Made by a program: the position numbers and the translations under genes
From: Callorhinchus milii
Lineage: Eukaryota
Direction of reading: 5' to 3'
NCBI RefSeq assembly: GCF_018977255.1
Contig: NW_024704743.1
Span: 49,044,001 to 49,108,000, forward strand
Length of the DNA stretch: 64,000 nucleotides
Notes under the pieces: generated by a model
Told to the model about the DNA's origin: nothing
Databases searched by the model: none
Seen by the model: the letters and a program-made list of their open reading frames with translations, nothing else
Shown: piece by piece, positions 12,335-24,319 of the stretch
How positions within the stretch are numbered: position 1 is the first letter of the stretch
How the letters are laid out: each line of letters starts with the position of its first letter

Positions 12335-13804
12335 TATCTCTCCCTCCTCCCTCACCGCCATCGTTCACAAACTCAAACCCACCACCTGCTCCCTCGATCC
12401 CATCTCCACCTCTCTCCTCATCTCCCAGCTCAACCCTCTCCTGTCCGATGTCATCAACCTCTCCTTGTCCACCGGTTCAGTTCCCACCCCCCTAAAAACA
12501 GCCGTCTTCACCCCCATCTTGAAAAAACCTTCCCTGGATCCATCCCTCCTCTCCAGCTACCGCCCCATCTCTAACTTCCCATTCCTCTCCAAGGTCCTGG
12601 AACGAGCCATCGCGTCCCAGCTCCGCTTCTTTCTCTCTCGCTATTCCCTCTTTGAACCCCTCCAATCCGGCTTCCACGTTACCCACAGCCCGGAAACAGC
12701 CCTGGTCAAAGCCACTAATGACATTCTGAACATCTGTGATCAGAGCTCCCTCTGCCTCCTTGTCCTCCTCGACCTGTCTGCCGCCTTCGACACTGTCGAC
12801 CACTCCATCCTCATACACCGCTTTACTTAATCTTCACGGATCTACCCTTGCCTGGTTCGATTCCTATCTCTCTCACCGTCTCCACTTTGTTTCCTCTAAC
12901 GGTTTCTCCTCCAGTCCCCGCACTGTCACGTCTGGACATCAAGTCCTGGATGAGGGCAAATTTCCTACAGTTGAATGTGAACAAGACTGAGGCTCTCCTG
13001 ATTGCCTCGCGCCAGCGCCTCAGCACCTCAGGCTCTGGCAGCATCAACCTCCATGGTTGCTCACTGCAACTCACCAAGCCAGTCAGGAACCTAGGTGTCT
13101 TGCTCGACCCTTAACTGTCTTTTCTTTCCCACATCCAAGCCATGACACGCTCTGCCTTCCCTCACTTCCATAACATCGCCCGACTCCGCCACGACCTCAC
13201 CCCTCAGGCCACTGAAACTCTTGTCCATGCCTTCATCACATCCAAGCTCGACTATGCAAACTCCCTGCTTGTCGGCCTTCCCAACTCCTCCCTCCACAGG
13301 CTACAGATAATCCAGAACTCTCCCGCACCAAACTCCGTGACCCCATCTCCCCCATTCTCGCCCAACTCCATTGGCTCCCTATCGTTCAGAGGTTCTAGTT
13401 CAAGTTTCTGGTCCTCACCTACAAAGCCCTCCATGGCCTCACCCCACACTAACTTTGCGACCTCCTAACCCCCTATCAACCCGTCCACTCCCTTCGCTGG
13501 CTCCAGCCTGCTCCACGTCTCCCGACCCACCCGACCCACCATTGGTGGGGAAGCCTTCAGCCACTCTGCCACCAACCTGTGGAATTCCATTCCCCAATCA
13601 TTCCGCGTTGCCCCCTCCTTAGCCTCCTTCAAGTCCCGCCTCAAAACCCTCCTCTTCCACCATGCCATTGGTCACCCACCTTCCCCCCCCCCCTCCCTTT
13701 CCCCTCCCCGACCGCAGCTCAGGTCTGAAAGGCTGCACACTGTCCAGCGCCTTGGGACGTCCTCCCGACATGAAAGGCGCTATACAAATGTAATCTTGTT
13801 GTTG
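12335..13804 (+). mobile_element. L2-clade LINE, RT region to 3' end, internally deleted
   Basis: YRPISNFPFLSKVLE, QSGF..HSPETAL, LDLSAAFDTVDH (ORF 12465..12830). The GVPQG-YADD segment is missing near 12930. Stem-loop and (TTG)n tail at the end. Confidence 0.92.
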
Positions 13805-16787
13805 AAGTAGAATAGCGTCTCAGAGTGCTGTATAGTAGATAAAGATAAAGAGGGGGCGAAGCGCAGGGATTAAGGCAGGAAGTTCCAGAGGTTAGAGGCA
13901 TAGTAGCTGAGGGCAAGGTCACTGAGTGTGGTGGAGAGGGATTGGTGAACGTACAGCAGGCCTGGGTAGTTGAATGAAGGGGTGGGCAGAGCAGTTGAGT
14001 GTGAGCAGGTCCGTCAAGTAGGTAGGTGCTAGGGCATGAAGGGATTTATACATGAGTCAGAACATTACACATGTTCACAGCCTTTGGTATGAAGAAATGC
14101 TTCCTCACCTCAGTTTAACTGTCTTAATTCTGAACATAAGGCTAAGCCTCTTTGTAACGTACCTTCTACAAGAGGGAAGAGTTGTGTTTCACCCCCAAAA
14201 TACACAGTCAATCCCCTTTAGTATAACCTGTGAAGCACTTTGAGATGTCTCGATGACGTCTATATAGTGATATATAGGGAGATAGTGATAAGGCGCTATA
14301 TCAAATGCAAGGATGATATTATTTTAAGTCTCCATCATTCAACTTGTTAATTTCTTTCATTATTTTAAATACCTCAAACAAATCATCCTTTAACCTCCTC
14401 TGCTCTAAGGAATTATAACTTTGATCTATCCAGATTCTCATCTTAACTAAGTAAAATCTGTACTTGAAGGGTAAATATATTACTTTCAACATATAATAGT
14501 AAATAATAATAATCCTTGCATTTGATGTAGTGCTTCACCATGTTGTTGAGACGTCTCAAAGTGCTTCACAGAATATACTCTAAAGTGAATTGATGGCTAT
14601 GCAAATGTAATTTGTTGTTGTTGTTGCTGTTGTATACTTTGTGGCGAAACATAAACCTTGGATATGAAGTCTATGCCTCCCTGAAACTTAATGTTATCTC
14701 AGCTCTTCTTTTCAGGCCATATGACATGTCCCATACCTCCTTCATGTTCTTCTGGTATTGCACAGGGAATTGGCACTCCAAGTGATAGGGTCCCATGTCC
14801 TCTTTTGTTCATGCATTATTGGGGCTCATTGCCTCAAAAACTGGTAGGTCCTCCAGATGTGCTACTTTTCTTCCACAAGAGCCCAAGAAGCCATTGCAGG
14901 GAAATGAATTTCTCTGCTCCAATGTTCTTCCATTTCCACAATTCAAATCCATGCTCCACGATTGTGTTATCGGCAAAGTGCACTGTTAACAAGCCTCTTC
15001 AGCTTGTTCACACACCCATCAACACAAATAATTGCTGACCTTTCTCATTGACTGCCTTTGTGACCATTCACCAATTCATCACTGCTGGAAGGATGTTGTG
15101 TTTCTTGTCAAGAACAAACACCATTTTTATTACATTTAGTGTGAATACAGAATATTGTTCATGTACAATAAATCTCACTGTAAACTTTATGCTGTTGTGT
15201 ATATAATTTGTTTTTAAAAAGGAAGCCACGCTGCATTTGGGCAAAATAACTTGCCTTTGATTTTGAAATGATCTCCTCAGTGACAAAGTAACGTATTTGT
15301 TATTGTTCAAAGGAAAATAATACTAAAGTCACTTCAGGGTCTTGTCAATAGAAGTATATTTGTGTTGGGTGACTACATCTCCTGGATTGCTTCATTCATA
15401 GAGTTTTAGTAATTTTATTCAAGCACTTAAATACTTTCGACAAAGTGCTTCTGAAGAAAATATTTTAAGCCATCTATAATTATCCCTCCAACCTGCTTCC
15501 AGGACAGCTTTATTTAATTTTTCTATTGTCTGGAGATTATTTGCTTTCAACCTTCAATACAAGCATTAAAGAGCAAAGTGACTAGAGTTCCTGGACAGAC
15601 ATTAAGAAGATCTGTTTTGCAGCAGTTGATTTCTCCCTGCATCACAAATTTATTTCCTGGCTGAGAGGTGCTCTATTAGTGCTGTGTTTGATCCAGTTTA
15701 AATAGCAAGCCTAGGAAGTACAGTAAGGGGAACAGGCTTAGAGGATTTATTACACATGACGATGTGAGGGAGCTAAATTCACATAGACAGCTGTAATTAC
15801 ATTACCATTGAAATTCCCTTGGTTATTAATTGTTTTTACTGATATTAACTCAGCACTCTCACAGCACAGCATTTTCTAGCTAGACTCGTTTACTGCATCA
15901 CCAGTACTCAATAGTTCAATGAAAATATTCAGAAACTCAACCCAAGTGGGCAGTGAAAAAGAAAAGTATGTCTATGTTAATCACAATTCCTTCTAACTGT
16001 TTGATTTTTAAACGTGCACTGATGGCAAGATTCTCTCTATAAAGATTTTGACACATTATTGGATTGTAGTGAATTACTATTGCAGAAATGTGATTGCTGT
16101 AAGCGGCTCACGTCAAGCTGAGGAGCACCATATCTGATTTTGGAATGCTTTCTACTAATACCAATGGAAAGAATGTTTCTATAAACCTTCAGCCTACCGG
16201 ACATTAAAACAGGATTAAGCTGTCAGATAAATAACAAGCACGTTTGTCAGAGGGGGAAGCATAAAACAGAATTGATTAAAAACTGAAGTAACCTGCTGGT
16301 ACATAGGTTAAGACATTTCATACCGATGGGGTCATAGCTAGTTCAAACCTCAGTTGGGGCAAACACTCAATAAATGGCCAATTCAGCTCAACTGGGCAAA
16401 CTGGAGCTATGGACACAATTTTGGCTCTGATTGAAATTTACATTGGCTTCAAGGGGTGAAGGAGGGATTGTCGACTTTGTCTGAACTCAGATCAAATCTA
16501 TTCCTGCCAAGATCAATCGCACTGCAGAATTTAAGGCAGTTTGTAGGATCTGTGATTTTGCTCTCTCTCCCTCTCTCTGTCTTTGTGATTCAGATAAGCA
16601 ATTTGATGGGAGAATTACAAATTAAAAGCACAAATAAACCAGTGAATCATCAACAAAATTCCCGCTCCAATAAATGCAGCGAAAAGGCAGATTACCCATA
16701 ATAAGTACTCTGGCGCTAAACAATAAATAGTCAGCAACAGTGGTGCTATTTGGTTTATTTTAGAGTAAAGTTGGTACTTTCTTCACT

Positions 16788-18978
16788 CAAGGGTGTTCCA
16801 TAAGGATCGGTATTGGGACCACTGTTGTTCCCCAAATACATTAATGATTTGGATTTGGGAATCAGCAGTACAATTTCAAAATTTGCAGACGACACCAACA
16901 ACAACAACAAGATTCCATTTATAGAGCGCCTTTCACGTCGGGAGGACGTTCCAAGGGGCTGGACAGTTGGGTCAGGACCCGAGCAGGGGGGAAATGGTCA
17001 GGGTGAGGGGAGGGAAGGGAGGGAGCGAGGAGGGAGTAGAGAGTCGAGAGGGGAGATGAAGGCACGATCAAAGAGAAAGGTCTTGAGACCGGCCTTGAAG
17101 GAGGAAAGGGAGGAGGCGGCAAAGGCACTGGGGGATGGAGTTCCAGAGCCTAGGGGCTGAGAGGCTGAAGGCCCGGCTACCGATGGTAGGGCAGTTGGGG
17201 CGGAGGATGTGGAGGAGACCGGAGCCAGAGGAACGGAGGGTACGGGCAGGTAGGTAGGGGGATAGTAGGTCGGAGAGGTAGGAGGGAGCGAGGCTGTGAA
17301 TGGCCTTGTAGGTGAGGATGAGGATCTTGAATTCGATCCTCTGGGGGATGGGGAGCCAGTGGAGGCGAGCGAGGGTGGGAGTGATGTGGTCCCGGAGCCT
17401 GGTGCGGGACAGTACACGAGCTGCAGAGTTCTGAATGACCTGCAGCTTGTGGAGGGAGGTGCCGGGAAGGCCGGCGAGGAGAGAGTTCCCATAGTCCAGC
17501 TTTGAGGTGATAAAGGCATGGACCAGAGTTTCAGCAGCGTGAGGGGTGAGGTAGTGCCGTAGTCTGGCGATATTCCGGAGATGATGGAAGGCGGTGCCAG
17601 TTGTGGCGCGGATATGAGGAAGAAAGGACAGCTCAGGGTCGAACAGAACACCGAGGTTCCTGACTGGCTTTGAGAGGTGGAGAGTGCAGCCTTGGATGCT
17701 GATGCTGTCAGCGCCTGAGGTGCGGAGGCGCTAACACGAGTCAATCAGGAGGGCCTCAGTTTTGCGCACGTTGAGCTGAAGAAAGTTGTCTCTCGTCCAG
17801 GACTCGATGTCAGACAGGCAGGCTGTCAGGACATCGGTGGTCGTGGAGTTGAGGGTAGAGGAGGAAAGGTAGAGTTGGGTGTCATCCGCATACATGTGGA
17901 AGTTAGCCCCATGTCTGCGGATGATGTCACCAAGAGGGAGCATATAGAGGGTGAAGAGGAGGGGACCGAGGACAGAGCCCTGAGGGACACCACACGAGAC
18001 AGTGCGGGGGCCGGAGGAAAAGCCGTTTGTGGAAACAAATGAAGACGGTGGGAGAGGTACGACCTAAACCACTCAAGGACAGGGCCTTGAAGGTTGAGGT
18101 GGGAGGACAAGCGGTGGAGGAGGATAGCATGGTCGACCGTATCGAATGCTGCTACCAAATTGGGGGGAATAGCTAATACAGAGGAGGAATGCAACAAATT
18201 GCAGCAAGAGGGTAATAAACTTGCTGAGTGGGCATTTAAATGGCAAATACATTTCATTGTAGAAAAATTTGAGGTGGTACATTTTGGTAGAAGGAATAAG
18301 GAAGTCACATACATCCTTGAAAATAAAAACCTAAATGGAGTAGAGGAGCAAAGTGACCTAGGGATAACATACACAATTCACTAAATGTAGCAACGCAGGT
18401 TAATAAGGCCATAAAAATAAGCAAACCAGGCATTGGGGTTCATTTCTAGAGGGATAGAAATAAAAAGCCGGGAAGTTATGAACCTTGGTTTGACCGCACT
18501 TAGAATACTGTTTGCAGTTCTGGTCCCCACATTATAGAAGGGATGTAGAGGCACTAGAGGTGCAAAGGAGATTCACAAGGATGATCCCAGAACTGGTTCC
18601 AGATATACCTATCAGGAAAGGCTGAACATACTTGGACACTTTTCTCTTAAAAATAGGAAGGTAAGGGGTGACGATAGAGGTCTTTAAAATGATGAAAGGT
18701 TTTGATAGGGTAGACATAGGGAAGACGTTTCCACTTGTGAGGAGACCAGAACCAGGGGCCATAAAATAAAATAGTCACAATAGATCAAATAGGGAAGTTA
18801 GAAGAAATTTCTTCACACAGAGAATAGTGGGAATGTGGAACATGCTATCACAAGGAGTTGTTGAGGCAAATAGCATAGATGCATTTAGATGCTCATGTGG
18901 AGCATAAACACCGGCCTTAGACCAGTTGGGCTGAATGCCCTGTTTCTCTGCTGTATATTCTAATGTATTCTAATGTAA
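16788..18978 (+). mobile_element. CR1 LINE RT-to-tail fragment, split by an L2 insertion
   Basis: [18 protein letters not shown]...SKFADDT (to 16898) resumes as TKLGGIANTEEEC...VQFWSP at 18154; ends in (ATTCTAATGT)2. Confidence 0.92.
16896..18153 (-). mobile_element. Relatively young L2-clade LINE, 5'-truncated
   Basis: [47 protein letters not shown], 3' stem-loop and (TTG)n tail. CpG-rich. Confidence 0.93.
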
Positions 18979-21409
18979 GATATGATTCCAATTGATCACT
19001 ACAGTGCTAATCACAAGACAAAAACAACTTGGACTTTGCCACACGGTAGTGTCTCAGAGCGCTTAACAGTGGTGGATCCTGACTGGGTTGGTGGGGGAGG
19101 TGACTGTAAGCATGGTCAAAGAGGAAGGTTTTCAGGCAGGATTTGAAAAAGGGGAAAGAGGAGGCAAGACAGAGGGATTGAGGGAGAAGGTTCCAGAGTT
19201 TTGGGGCATAGTGACTGAAAGTACAACCTCCAATGGTGGGGCAGAGGGTGCGAGGGACGAGCAGGAAACCGGTGCCAGTTGAACGGAGGCACTGGGTGGT
19301 GGATTGGGGAGTGAGGATGTTGGAGGGGTAGGGAAATGCCAGAGAGTGAATGGATTTAAACACAAGTGTGAGGATCTTGAAGTCGATCCGTTCAGTGATG
19401 AGGAGTCAGTGGAGCCTGGCCAGAACTGGTGAGATGTGGGTACGGAGTTTGATCCGAGTCAGTATGTGGGCGACAGAGTTCTAAATGAGCTGAATCTTGT
19501 GAATAGTGGAGATGGGGAGATCAGCGAGGAGTGCGTTTGAGTAATCCAGGCCGGAGGTGACAAACGCAAGCACAAGGGTATCAGCTGCATTTGTGGTAAG
19601 ATACGGTCAGAGGCGGGCAATGTGGCGGAGGTGGAAGAAGCTGGTCCTGGTCAGGGACCGGATGTGGTGGAGGAAGCACAACTAAACCAGTCACCTCGGT
19701 TGCGCACTGGTTCGGTATGTCTGAGGGAGAGCCCAGGGAGATTGAGGAGTTTAGATCCGCAGGAGTGAAAACGTTGATGGGAGCCAAGGAGTATGGCTTC
19801 CTCTTGTCCACACTCAGCTGAAGTATGTGTAACAACAAGAACAACAAAATTACATTTGTATAGGGCCTTTCATGTCGGGAGGATGCCTCAAGGCGCTGGA
19901 AACTCATCCAGACCCTGATGTCTGCCAGACAAGCTGATAGAACATCAGTGGACCTGGAGTTGGTACTAGTGGAGGCAAAGTAGATTTGTGTGTCATTCCA
20001 CATACATGTGCAAGTTTACCCCGTGTCTTAAAAATAGGAAGGTAAGGGGTGACGATAGAGGTCTTTAAAATGATGAAAGGTTTTGATAGGGTAGACATAG
20101 GGAAGACGTTTCCACTTGTGAGGAGACCAGAACCAGGGGCCATAAAATAAAATAGTCACAATAGATCAAATAGGGAAGTTAGAAGAAATTTCTTCACACA
20201 GAGAATAGTGGGAATGTGGAACATGCTATCACAAGGAGTTGTTGAGGCAAATAGCATAGATGCATTTAGATGCTCATGTGGAGCATAAACACCGGCCTTA
20301 GACCAGTTGGGCTGAATGCCCTGTTTCTCTGCTGTATATTCTAATGTATTCTAATGTAAGATATGATTCCAATTGATCACTACAGTGCTAATCACAAGAC
20401 AAAAACAACTTGGACTTTGCCACACGGTAGTGTCTCAGAGCGCTTAACAGTGGTGGATCCTGACTGGGTTGGTGGGGGAGGTGACTGTAAGCATGGTCAA
20501 AGAGGAAGGTTTTCAGGCAGGATTTGAAAAAGGGGAAAGAGGAGGCAAGACAGAGGGATTGAGGGAGAAGGTTCCAGAGTTTTGGGGCATAGTGACTGAA
20601 AGTACAACCTCCAATGGTGGGGCAGAGGGTGCGAGGGACGAGCAGGAAACCGGTGCCAGTTGAACGGAGGCACTGGGTGGTGGATTGGGGAGTGAGGATG
20701 TTGGAGGGGTAGGGAAATGCCAGAGAGTGAATGGATTTAAACACAAGTGTGAGGATCTTGAAGTCGATCCGTTCAGTGATGAGGAGTCAGTGGAGCCTGG
20801 CCAGAACTGGTGAGATGTGGGTACGGAGTTTGATCCGAGTCAGTATGTGGGCGACAGAGTTCTAAATGAGCTGAATCTTGTGAATAGTGGAGATGGGGAG
20901 ATCAGCGAGGAGTGCGTTTGAGTAATCCAGGCCGGAGGTGACAAACGCAAGCACAAGGGTATCAGCTGCATTTGTGGTAAGATACGGTCAGAGGCGGGCA
21001 ATGTGGCGGAGGTGGAAGAAGCTGGTCCTGGTCAGGGACCGGATGTGGTGGAGGAAGCACAACTAAACCAGTCACCTCGGTTGCGCACTGGTTCGGTATG
21101 TCTGAGGGAGAGCCCAGGGAGATTGAGGAGTTTAGATCCGCAGGAGTGAAAACGTTGATGGGAGCCAAGGAGTATGGCTTCCTCTTGTCCACACTCAGCT
21201 GAAGTATGTGTAACAACAAGAACAACAAAATTACATTTGTATAGGGCCTTTCATGTCGGGAGGATGCCTCAAGGCGCTGGAAACTCATCCAGACCCTGAT
21301 GTCTGCCAGACAAGCTGATAGAACATCAGTGGACCTGGAGTTGGTACTAGTGGAGGCAAAGTAGATTTGTGTGTCATTCCACATACATGTGCAAGTTTAC
21401 CCCGTGTCT
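18645..21409. repeat. Direct tandem duplication, 1381-bp unit x2
   Basis: 18645-20028 equals 20026-21409 wherever compared. Identical ORF translations are offset by 1381 (19007/20388, 19088/20469, 19581/20962). TCT microhomology at the junction. Confidence 0.97.
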
Positions 21410-22555
21410 GCAATGACATCGCCCAGAGGGAGCATATAGATAAGGAAAAGAAGTGGGCCAAGGATGGAGCCCTGGGGTATCCTGTAGGTGACCAGGTGGG
21501 AGTGGGAGAAGAAACCATTTGCTGAGAAGAAATAGAGGCGGTTGGTTAAGTTGGACTTGAACCATGTGCGTGTGGTTCCACTAAGGTGGATGAGAGAGGA
21601 GAGGCGGTGGAGAAGGATGGCGTAGTCAACTGTGTCAAACGCAGCAGAGATATCCAGGAGGACGAGGAGGCAGAGGGAGCCTTGGTCACAGATAGACAGA
21701 ATGTCGTTTGTGACTTTGACAAGGGAGCTTGACAGGGTGCATGGAGGAGGTGATGGGGTGTGGAAAACAGCGTCTTTGGATTCTTGTTTGCCTCCAAGAT
21801 GACTTTGAAGTAAAAGTCAGTTTTGGCCTGTGAAAGGGAGAGGCAGTAGGTGTGGAGGTGCTCAAGCCACAGCTGGGGGTGAATTGTGAGGCTGGATTTC
21901 TGCCATCTGCGCTTGAGTGTCCAGGATTGGGTTTTAAGTGAACGGAGATGACTGGTGGGGGTACAGGTAGGTTTGGAAACAACCCTGGATTTCAGGGGAG
22001 CCAGGGAATTGAAGGTTGTGGAGAAACGGTCATTCAGCAGCATGATGGCTGCATCAGGATCGCTGCGGGTGGAGGGCCAGAGGGAGAGGAGGTCCGAGGA
22101 AGAGAGGGTATTTTTGAGGGAATCAGGGGGAAACTTTTTCCAGGGGATGAAAAAAACAACTGGAGTGCTTGGAAGAGGGGAGAGGAATGCGGGAGGAGAG
22201 GGAAATGAAGAAGTGGTCCGAGATGGCCTTGTCCGTGATAGACAGGTCGGAAATGTCAAGGCCGTGTGTGATAACGAGGTCGAGGGGGTGGCCACGGTTG
22301 TGGGTCGGTTAGATGATGTGGAGGTTGAGGTTTAGGGAGGAGAGGAAGGCAGTGAAATCCGAGGAGGTGGTGCAAGGGGAGTTTAGGTGGAGGTTGAAAT
22401 CAGGCGCTCAGTGCAGAGGGACAGGGATGAGAGGAGAGAGGAGATATCAATGAGGAAGAAGCCAGGAGGTTGGAGAGGCGGGAAACTAGGAGGATTTTGA
22501 GGAAGAGAGAAGAAGGATGGTAGAGGGTGAGGTGCTCAAAGAAGGTGAGGAATAG
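19025..22555 (-). mobile_element. Older L2-clade LINE (endonuclease end through RT to 3' end), partly inside the duplication
   Basis: Decayed DFNLHL and PLDL (endonuclease, ~22270-22410), LLDISAAFDTVD, PQGSILGPLLF, LHWL, and a 3' end ttaagcgctctgagac like the copy at 2365-3214. Confidence 0.85.
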
Positions 22556-23510
22556 GGTCACAAGAGTCTGTGGACAGGATGCCTATTAACATCCACTCTG
22601 CAGAAGGACATTTTGCTCAATTAATTTCATCTCCCCGTAAACATCCCACGATCCACATGTAAAGCAAAATACATGTCATAGTGTAAGAAAGTCTCACTGT
22701 TGGAAAATCCAGTTCCATTCAATGGACACCATCTTGAACTTTGTCTTGTGCTCTTGTGATGCAGTGTGAGAATTATCCATACAACTACCAATTTTCATTC
22801 TGCTTTGACTGCCTCCACTAAGATTCATTTAATATTTTAAGTTGGTGTGTTCTCTGCTGCGGGTACTATACCAGAGCATATGATGAAATTACTGTGCCAC
22901 AACACACATTGGAGCCACACCAATACCTAACACAGATGTGAATCATAAATAATAAGTAAATAATTTCTATTTTTGGTACAGAACAAGTGGACATCTCAAA
23001 GTGCTTCACAGGATTTACTGCCAAGTTAGGAATAATGACAGAATACGGTTCTGAATTAGTTTCAGTCCAAACCGCTTGAATCAGTGAATTCAAATGTATT
23101 TGCCCTCTGACTTATTTCTCATACCCCTAGCCCCTAGATCATTTTCTTAAAATGTAAGATCATATAGAAATTTGAAAAATTCTTAAAAAGATCAAGAGAA
23201 ATGTTGGTTCTCCGGTAATCAATTTGATCATTAAGTAGCCAGCCACTTACACCATAATGGTTAAGACCAGTTACAGAAAATCCTGGATTATCTGAAATTC
23301 ATACCTAAGGCAGACCGGTCCCGAACCAGAAACATTTCCGCACACCCACACACATGTAAACTCTCACCGACCACTCTCCTAGTCCGTGTCTCCACCTCAC
23401 CTTCCTTGCTGGCCTTCAGTGGCCAGGTATTCACTTTGACTCAGTTTGAATCCTGCGAGCAGAAAATAGCATATTCACTAGCATCTGCTCACGGGATACA
23501 AACAATTGCA

Positions 23511-23770
23511 TAATAATAATAATCTTTGCATTTGATATAGCGCTTTTCAGGTTTTCTAGACGTCTCAAAGCGCTTCACAGAATATGCTGTAAAGTGAATT
23601 GACCGTATATTTGTGGGCGAAACGCGGCAGCCAATTTCGCACAGCCGTGTCCTACAAACAGTCGTGGATTGAAAATGACCATGACTGTTTGTGGGACACA
23701 TTTATTATTGTTTTGTTTTGGAGGGATTATTATTAGGCGTGTGGAGTATGGAAACTTGCCCAAGGTTTCA
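23511..23770 (-). mobile_element. 5'-truncated tRNA/Deu SINE (short subfamily)
   Basis: ttgggcaagtttccatactccacacgcctaataataatccctcc...Deu...tail; carries a small extra inverted Deu piece at ~23682-23700. Confidence 0.85.
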
Positions 23771-24244
23771 TTGCCAGTACCGGTATTGGCTGGCATTTTG
23801 TGACACTGAAAAAGTTGCAGAAAAAAGCTGGTAAATGTCAGCACCAACATTGTAATTACAATTAGCCAGAAATTACAGCTCGCAAGACTCAATCTCTCCC
23901 CTCTCCCACCCATTGGTCTAGCCTACCAGGGTTTAAGCGTATTTGCCTTGTATAAACCAGTGGGATTGACATTTTAGACTGTGAATTGTGAGCCAGTCTC
24001 CCCTACTGCATAATATTTCAAGACAGTGTCCCACAGCTGAGTGAAAGAAATATATGAGATAATTATTAAAGTGTCGACTTCCCAATTAACTTGAATAGTG
24101 TGAATCCCCCTCAATTTGTAAGTCTCCAGACAGTGCTGAACAAGATATTGAGTGCTGGCAAGTGATAATGATAAGGGAAATGAATAAAAGGAATAATAAG
24201 TGAAGGACAAAATTTAAGGGGTGAGACTTTAAAATAATACTTAC

Positions 24245-24319
24245 AGCTGGCGTTAACTTCAACTCAGCACGCTCTCTGTCTCCTTGTTCAAAGAACTCAC
24301 TGGTTACCAGTTCAGCTAC
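24245..24319 (-). CDS. PDE11A: PDE11A coding exon, 75 nt, VAELVTSEFFEQGDRERAELKLTPA
   Basis: ttgtag|GTA...GCT|gtaagt. EFFxQGDxE motif. Confidence 0.97.

Noticed and set aside
16998..17744. Long Ser/Pro-rich ORFs (also 958..1482, 2581..3195, 26214..26828, 34308..34697)
   Set aside because: Alternative frames of C-rich L2 sequence, which is naturally poor in stop codons.
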